Shown here in pieces: positions 43,326 to 47,891 of a stretch of 47,891 nucleotides of DNA (position 1 is its first letter; each line of letters opens with the position of its first letter). The notes under the pieces are model-generated. The model was not told where the DNA came from. It made no database searches and was given only the letters and a program-made list of their open reading frames with translations. Origin of the DNA: a virus (Duplodnaviria > Caudoviricetes); the IMG/VR virus record IMGVR_UViG_3300043493_000024, positions 1 to 47,891 of that record; one strand, 5' to 3'. The translations under genes and the position numbers were made by a program.

Positions 43326-44920
43326 AATTCCGCGTCTAGAACTTCGGGAAGTGATTTATTAACCCATACTCGAATGCGTCTAGGTGCGCGAAGCTGACTT
43401 ATCTTTTGCAACGCGGCTGCATTCGTGTCTGGAGGTTCCGCAATTATTTCTTGCGGGAGTTTGACGTAACGTTGCCGCCACCATTCGCGCGATTTTTTAC
43501 GCCAGAATCCTATAGCTTCAAATGATAACCATTCATTGAATTGTTGTAAGCCACAAAAGTATGCAACGCGGATGGATTGTGAACCGTTAGCTTTTTTTTC
43601 GTGTGACGTATACATTACCTTGTCAACATTAAAATATTCAGTCTGTGGAAAATCACTTTTCAATAGTTCTTCGGTGCCTGCCGTTTTTGTAATGTTGACT
43701 TTGAATTGAAATTCATTTCCACAAAATGCACAGAATCTTACTCGCGCGTGATTATACATATCGCAAGCGTCACAAATTTTAACTGGAACTTCGCCGCTAG
43801 TTTTGCCTTTTGGCTGTGGTATTATAGGATCGTTTATCGGACCTAGGCGACGAGTGTTGCTAGCGAAATCGGCAACTAGGCAATTGGCTTTTCTCTCACT
43901 AGGTCGCGTGCCCCGTCCGATCATTTGGACCCACAAACCGGGTGACATAGTAGGACGCAACATCGGGATAAAATCAATCGGCGGGTGATCAAATCCGGTG
44001 GTTAAAACATTGTTGTTTGAAAGACAACGTAGCTCGCCACGTTTGAATGCGGAGATACGTTCATTGCGTTGTTCTTTTGTGATCTTGGAATGCACGGCTG
44101 CACTTGAAATACCGAATGAATTGAGAATTTCCGATATATGTTCGGCATGTTCAACACCACTCGCAAACGCAAGCCAAGAGCGGCGATTATAGCCTATCGC
44201 GTAAGCCTCTTGTAATGCAGCGTGTGTTATTTCATATTTATCAACTGCGGCTTGTAATTGCGCTTGCACAAACTCGCCATTTTGCATTCCCACATTGCTA
44301 ACGTCTAATGTGGTTTTAGTCCGTTTCGGTATCGGTGGCGATAACCAACCTTCTGCTAGTAGTCGATCAAATCCTTTCATATCACACATATTATAGCAAA
44401 CGTCAGTGAACACGCCGCCTTTCGTTATCATACCAACACCGGGGCGAAATGGTGTGGCTGACAAGCCAATAACCTTTAAGTATTGGTTTTGTGCTCGAAA
44501 TGTGGTTATTATCTTTTGGTAAGTTGTTTCTGCTTTTGGTGAAAGCAAATGGCATTCATCTATGAACAGTAAATCAGGTGTTGGAAAGGAATCTATAGAG
44601 TTAACTACACTTTTACAACCGCCGAATATAATCGGCATCATTGTGTCACGTCGCGATAATCCTGCACTGTAAATACCTAGCGGTGCGTGCGGCCACATTT
44701 CTAGCAGCTTCGCGGCGTTTTGTTCAATTAGCTCTTTAACGTGTGTTAAACACATTACGCGAGTTGTCGGATAGTGCTGTAAAGCACGCTGCACAAATCC
44801 ACCTATAACGTGTGATTTGCCTGTGCCAGTTGGGAGCGCAATAACCGGATTGCCGCGCGCAACAGTAAAGTATGCGAAAATGGAATCAATTGCTTCTTGC
44901 TGATACCAACGTAAAGTCAT
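43322..44920 (-). CDS. Superfamily 2 DNA helicase (RadD/UvsW-like) with a Zn finger
   Basis: LRWYQ, LPTGTGKS, DECH, SAT, LTTGFDHP, QMIGRGTR, CDAC..CAFC. Confidence 0.93.
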   Translation of the reverse strand: MTLRWYQQEAIDSIFAYFTVARGNPVIALPTGTGKSHVIGGFVQRALQHYPTTRVMCLTHVKELIEQNAAKLLEMWPHAPLGIYSAGLSRRDTMMPIIFGGCKSVVNSIDSFPTPDLLFIDECHLLSPKAETTYQKIITTFRAQNQYLKVIGLSATPFRPGVGMITKGGVFTDVCYNMCDMKGFDRLLAEGWLSPPIPKRTKTTLDVSNVGMQNGEFVQAQLQAAVDKYEITHAALQEAYAIGYNRRSWLAFASGVEHAEHISEILNSFGISSAAVHSKITKEQRNERISAFKRGELRCLSNNNVLTTGFDHPPIDFIPMLRPTMSPGLWVQMIGRGTRPSERKANCLVADFASNTRRLGPINDPIIPQPKGKTSGEVPVKICDACDMYNHARVRFCAFCGNEFQFKVNITKTAGTEELLKSDFPQTEYFNVDKVMYTSHEKKANGSQSIRVAYFCGLQQFNEWLSFEAIGFWRKKSREWWRQRYVKLPQEIIAEPPDTNAAALQKISQLRAPRRIRVWVNKSLPEVLDAEF

Positions 44921-44921
44921 A

Positions 44922-45005
44922 TTACATTGTCCGAAACAAGTATATCAACATGCATACATTAACGGTAATGCCGATTGCTGCAAGTACCAATATAATATCT
45001 AGCAT
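44922..45005 (-). CDS. Single-TM micro-peptide (27 aa), not in the ORF track
   Basis: MLDIILVLAAIGITVNVCMLIYLFRTM; AGGTG RBS; fills the gap exactly. Confidence 0.55.
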   Translation of the reverse strand: MLDIILVLAAIGITVNVCMLIYLFRTM

Positions 45006-45015
45006 CGTATTTCAC

Positions 45016-45279
45016 CTATTTCTTAATCGTCTTAAATTGGTCTGTTGCGTCCGGGTGTTCTGCATAATATAACCTGTAACATTCTTCAATTGCATGTTCT
45101 AAATCATGTAGCTCTAAAAATAAATCGCGTACATTATCATATTTAATTTGTGTTTTTGGGTCTGTAGCTTGCGGGCCATGCATTTGAATTTTTGCAATAA
45201 CGCGATTAACTTCAGAACTTTCCTCAATGAGTTTTGATAACGATCCGGCAAAAGTTGTCGGGAGTAAATCTATGCGCAT
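45016..45279 (-). CDS. MazG-like nucleotide pyrophosphohydrolase
   Basis: KLIEESSEV...IAK...LFLELHDL (EExxE...ExxD). Confidence 0.65.
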   Translation of the reverse strand: MRIDLLPTTFAGSLSKLIEESSEVNRVIAKIQMHGPQATDPKTQIKYDNVRDLFLELHDLEHAIEECYRLYYAEHPDATDQFKTIKK

Positions 45280-45282
45280 GTA

Positions 45283-45585
45283 TCACCTATCTTTTTTCAT
45301 TACTAAACGCACTATACCAAGAGCTAACCGCATGTTAAAATCATTGTATTCAGTACCATCAATAATATTTAATTTCAATTTTTCACTTATTTTTAATGCT
45401 TCTTGTTCAACTTTTGAAGCATCGCCTTCAATATTTCCTTGTTCATCTATTGCAATATAATGTTCATTGCATTGAATTACTATACTATAAGATTTTCCTT
45501 TCAAATCATTTAGGAAATGATCAGTGTTGTCGTCCTTAAAAATTAACATATAAGCTATTTGTAAGGGTGACATTATCTGTTCCAT
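45283..45585 (-). CDS. Hypothetical protein (AT-rich)
   Basis: 100-aa ORF within the operon. Confidence 0.6.
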   Translation of the reverse strand: MEQIMSPLQIAYMLIFKDDNTDHFLNDLKGKSYSIVIQCNEHYIAIDEQGNIEGDASKVEQEALKISEKLKLNIIDGTEYNDFNMRLALGIVRLVMKKDR

Positions 45586-45597
45586 GATCTTAAACCT

Positions 45598-46458
45598 TCA
45601 TGTTATCGGCAAGTGATGTGAACAACCTTGTATTATTGTTTCTTTATCTAGGATTTTACTGAACAAGCCGCAATGCCATTGTGCGCCGTCAACTGGCGTT
45701 GCGTGCTTGCATGATCGACAATTGTGGGCAACAGGTTCGCCAGTGTGGCAGATAGGGAAAAAGTCGCAATATTTGCATTTGTAGTATGTTGGTGATTCAG
45801 AAAGTTTCGATGGTGGTTCGCGAGCGGTGATAATTTGATTAGCTTTGATAATTGTATTATCTGCTAATGACCAGTCTAGTTTAACTATTTCGACGTGCAA
45901 ATCATCATCGTTTTTATTGGTATTCAAATAGAGTGCATATTGTAATTGCTGAAAGCGTCCATAAATTGACATTTGAATAAAGTGTTTTGGTTCTTCAAAC
46001 GCGACACCCTTTTCCATTAAATTAACCCAATGGCTTCCGGTGTTGTGTGTCTTAAATTCTAATAGCAGTGGTTCGGCTACATCATAAGCCGGTGGTGTAC
46101 GTGTTGCGCCGTCTTGTGATCCGCCAAAATGTCCGCCACAAGATGCTAATCGAAATTGATTGCCATTATCGTCGCGCGTCCATACTTTGAAACCGATTCC
46201 TTCAAGGTATAAAACATAATGAGGTTCTTCCCAATGGCCGCGTTGAAATAGACGATACATTCGACCACTGTATTGAACGTTCTTACACCAACGGAAAGTG
46301 TACCATAGATAGCGGCTGCAATCATGCCCTATTAGTGATGTACCTAAGTGTGATCGGTGTCCATCATCAAATGTGCGGATGCAATAATCATCAATATCAT
46401 TTTTTATGCGTTGCGCTAGCTCTTTGCGCACGTAAGGTAATGAAAGGTCAAGAGGCAT
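45598..46458 (-). CDS. PD-(D/E)xK exonuclease (RecB/Cas4-like)
   Basis: RSHLGTSLIGHDC, FQRGHWEE, GSQDG, LLEFKT, QMSIY, CKYCDF..IC. Confidence 0.85.
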   Translation of the reverse strand: MPLDLSLPYVRKELAQRIKNDIDDYCIRTFDDGHRSHLGTSLIGHDCSRYLWYTFRWCKNVQYSGRMYRLFQRGHWEEPHYVLYLEGIGFKVWTRDDNGNQFRLASCGGHFGGSQDGATRTPPAYDVAEPLLLEFKTHNTGSHWVNLMEKGVAFEEPKHFIQMSIYGRFQQLQYALYLNTNKNDDDLHVEIVKLDWSLADNTIIKANQIITAREPPSKLSESPTYYKCKYCDFFPICHTGEPVAHNCRSCKHATPVDGAQWHCGLFSKILDKETIIQGCSHHLPIT

Positions 46459-46460
46459 TA

Positions 46461-46499
46461 AATGAAAAACACGGCTAGGCGGATACCATAGCCGTGTTT
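46461..46499 (-). terminator. Intrinsic terminator/attenuator after the SSB gene
   Basis: 11-bp perfect stem AAACACGGCTA/TAGCCGTGTTT with a minus-strand U-rich tail. Confidence 0.7.
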
Positions 46500-46610
46500 C
46501 CTTTCATATTGTGATGTGCGGCTCATAAGCTGGCATTCCATCATCATTCATACGGTGCGCACCATTTATGCCAGCCATCATTTTAACGAGTTGCGCACAT
46601 TCTCGTTAAA

Positions 46611-47336
46611 TTACGTTCCCGGAGTGCGCCACGGTGCATTCGGCGGGGCGGCATTTGGGTTTTGCGTCCATTTATCGGGCGCGGACGCGGAGGCATTTGG
46701 CGCGGGCTGATAAGGCTGTGGTGCAGGATTTGGCGGGGCGTAGGGCTGCGGCTGTGTGTTCGGGGCAGGCCATACCGTGCCTTGTGGTTGCGGCTGTGGT
46801 ACATTGGGACCGGGAGCGGCATAGGGTTGCGGCTGTGGTTGTGGTGCGCCCCAATTTTGTGGCGCAGGCTGGTACTGTTGCGGCTGTTGCTGTGGCGCGG
46901 CATTGACCTTGCCCGGTTCATTGCCTGCCATATCTTTGAACGCTACAAAGTTGTTACCTTCTTGTCCGGTTTCCTTATTCTTTTGTACTACACATCGTGC
47001 AAGAAATGGCCGGTTGTGCAACATCGGTACGCATGTATCAACACCCGGCATTTCTTGCACGTCATAAACTCCGATAACATGGCAAATTGCCGACAATGTG
47101 CGGTGCGCAATATCAACAGCTTGTTGACTTGGATTTTGCAAATTCAATCGAATAAAATTGCTTTTTCCTTTATTGGGTCCGTCAATTGCTTCAATTTGCA
47201 ATTCAAGATAACCCGCATTGGCGTTATCTTTCACAGGACGCATATTTGACTTTGTGATAACAAGCGGATTCCAACCTTCCGGCCACGGTTCAAAACCTGT
47301 TGCTGGTTGGACGTTACGAGCGTTGAATTGAAACAT
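46611..47336 (-). CDS. DUF669-family ssDNA-binding protein with a Pro/Gln-rich tail
   Basis: FEPWPEGW, GYLELQIEAIDGPNKG..FIRLNL, AVDIAHRTLSAICHVIGV; tail ends PPW. Confidence 0.8.
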   Translation of the reverse strand: MFQFNARNVQPATGFEPWPEGWNPLVITKSNMRPVKDNANAGYLELQIEAIDGPNKGKSNFIRLNLQNPSQQAVDIAHRTLSAICHVIGVYDVQEMPGVDTCVPMLHNRPFLARCVVQKNKETGQEGNNFVAFKDMAGNEPGKVNAAPQQQPQQYQPAPQNWGAPQPQPQPYAAPGPNVPQPQPQGTVWPAPNTQPQPYAPPNPAPQPYQPAPNASASAPDKWTQNPNAAPPNAPWRTPGT

Positions 47337-47357
47337 TGTGAGTATCCTTCTGTTGTC

Positions 47358-47891
47358 CTAACGCATGGCTTTAGTGAACAGTGCCGTTAGGTCGCACGGT
47401 TCAAACTCGTTTAAGTTTCCACTGCGGTCACGCGCAAGTGTGTCGAATGTGCCGCGTGCTCGAAACGCTTTGAATTGACCTTGTGGGGAATCGAAAGTGT
47501 CACAATATAAAACAGCATCATAACGGTGTGGCACCCATGCATTAAGGTCTTGACCGGGAAATAATGGTCGTTTTTTTCCTAATTCAACATTTTGTTTTGC
47601 AATTAAATAAACATGCTTATTAGGTAAAAAATACAAACCTTCTAGATGTTTTCGAGTGCTACGCGCCATTTCACCATAAGCTGCTTTTCCATGTTTCAAA
47701 CGTGATAATGCATCATCTAAAAATGTCTCTGCCATTTGAGAACTACTATCAATACCTACAGTGTCAAAATTATTAGCTTCATGCGAGCCAAATAACCATG
47801 CAAAAAATTCATCAATTTGTGCTGGCGTTGCCGCCATCCAAGTTGGTACGTTGCTATTGCGCATTGACAATAAGCCCGGTTCGGTAGCACA
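47358..47891 (-). CDS. AAA/P-loop ATPase, 3' part (start at 253 across the join)
   Basis: Walker B FDTVGIDS, AAYGEM, ARDRSGNLNEFEPCDL. Confidence 0.88.
   Translation of the reverse strand, partial: CATEPGLLSMRNSNVPTWMAATPAQIDEFFAWLFGSHEANNFDTVGIDSSSQMAETFLDDALSRLKHGKAAYGEMARSTRKHLEGLYFLPNKHVYLIAKQNVELGKKRPLFPGQDLNAWVPHRYDAVLYCDTFDSPQGQFKAFRARGTFDTLARDRSGNLNEFEPCDLTALFTKAMR
47765..47891. repeat. Terminal direct repeat, copy 2
   Basis: Identical to 1-127. Confidence 0.95.

Noticed and set aside
45598-46458. Cas4 as evidence of a CRISPR system
   Set aside because: No cas1/cas2 or array; it sits in a normal phage recombination module
46611-46900. GGCTGTGG-like repeats
   Set aside because: Explained by the Pro/Gln-rich tail of the SSB
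47765-47891. 127-bp terminal repeat as a biological DTR
   Set aside because: Its length equals a common assembly k-mer and it lies mid-gene, so it is best explained as circular overlap
1-47891. tRNA genes, integrase/attP, stop-codon reassignment
   Set aside because: No cloverleaf or integrase motifs were noticed, and all core genes are intact under the standard code; tRNAscan-SE was not run

Overview
The window is an apparently complete, circularly assembled tailed-phage genome of 47,764 unique bp. Bases 1-127 are repeated exactly at 47765-47891, and an AAA ATPase gene reads through the join. It looks like a siphovirus with no recognisable integrase or CI repressor, so it is probably lytic. 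The host is most likely an alphaproteobacterium (Rhizobiales/Bradyrhizobium-like), inferred from a DUF4332-like gene, the endolysin type, a GTA-like tail tube and a perfect CtrA box. Layout: (i) a minus-strand replication arm (AAA ATPase, DUF669 SSB, PD-(D/E)xK exonuclease, MazG-like protein, SF2 helicase, clamp, PolB-like polymerase, Endo VII) that diverges at ~1.3 kb from a primase-helicase gene; (ii) a plus-strand early region with a DNA methyltransferase, HNH, an AT-rich putative origin, VRR-NUC and many small genes behind three repeated promoters; (iii) lysis genes, terminases, portal, MuF, protease, encapsulin-like capsid, tail genes with a -1 frameshift, and two tail fibres sharing an N-terminal anchor. 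Most notable: a three-gene glycosyltransferase-like cassette inside the head module, followed by a small YezD/DUF2292-like ORF and a mutually exclusive antiterminator/terminator RNA pair directly ahead of the capsid-tail operon. All family assignments come from motif recognition by eye; no database searches were run.
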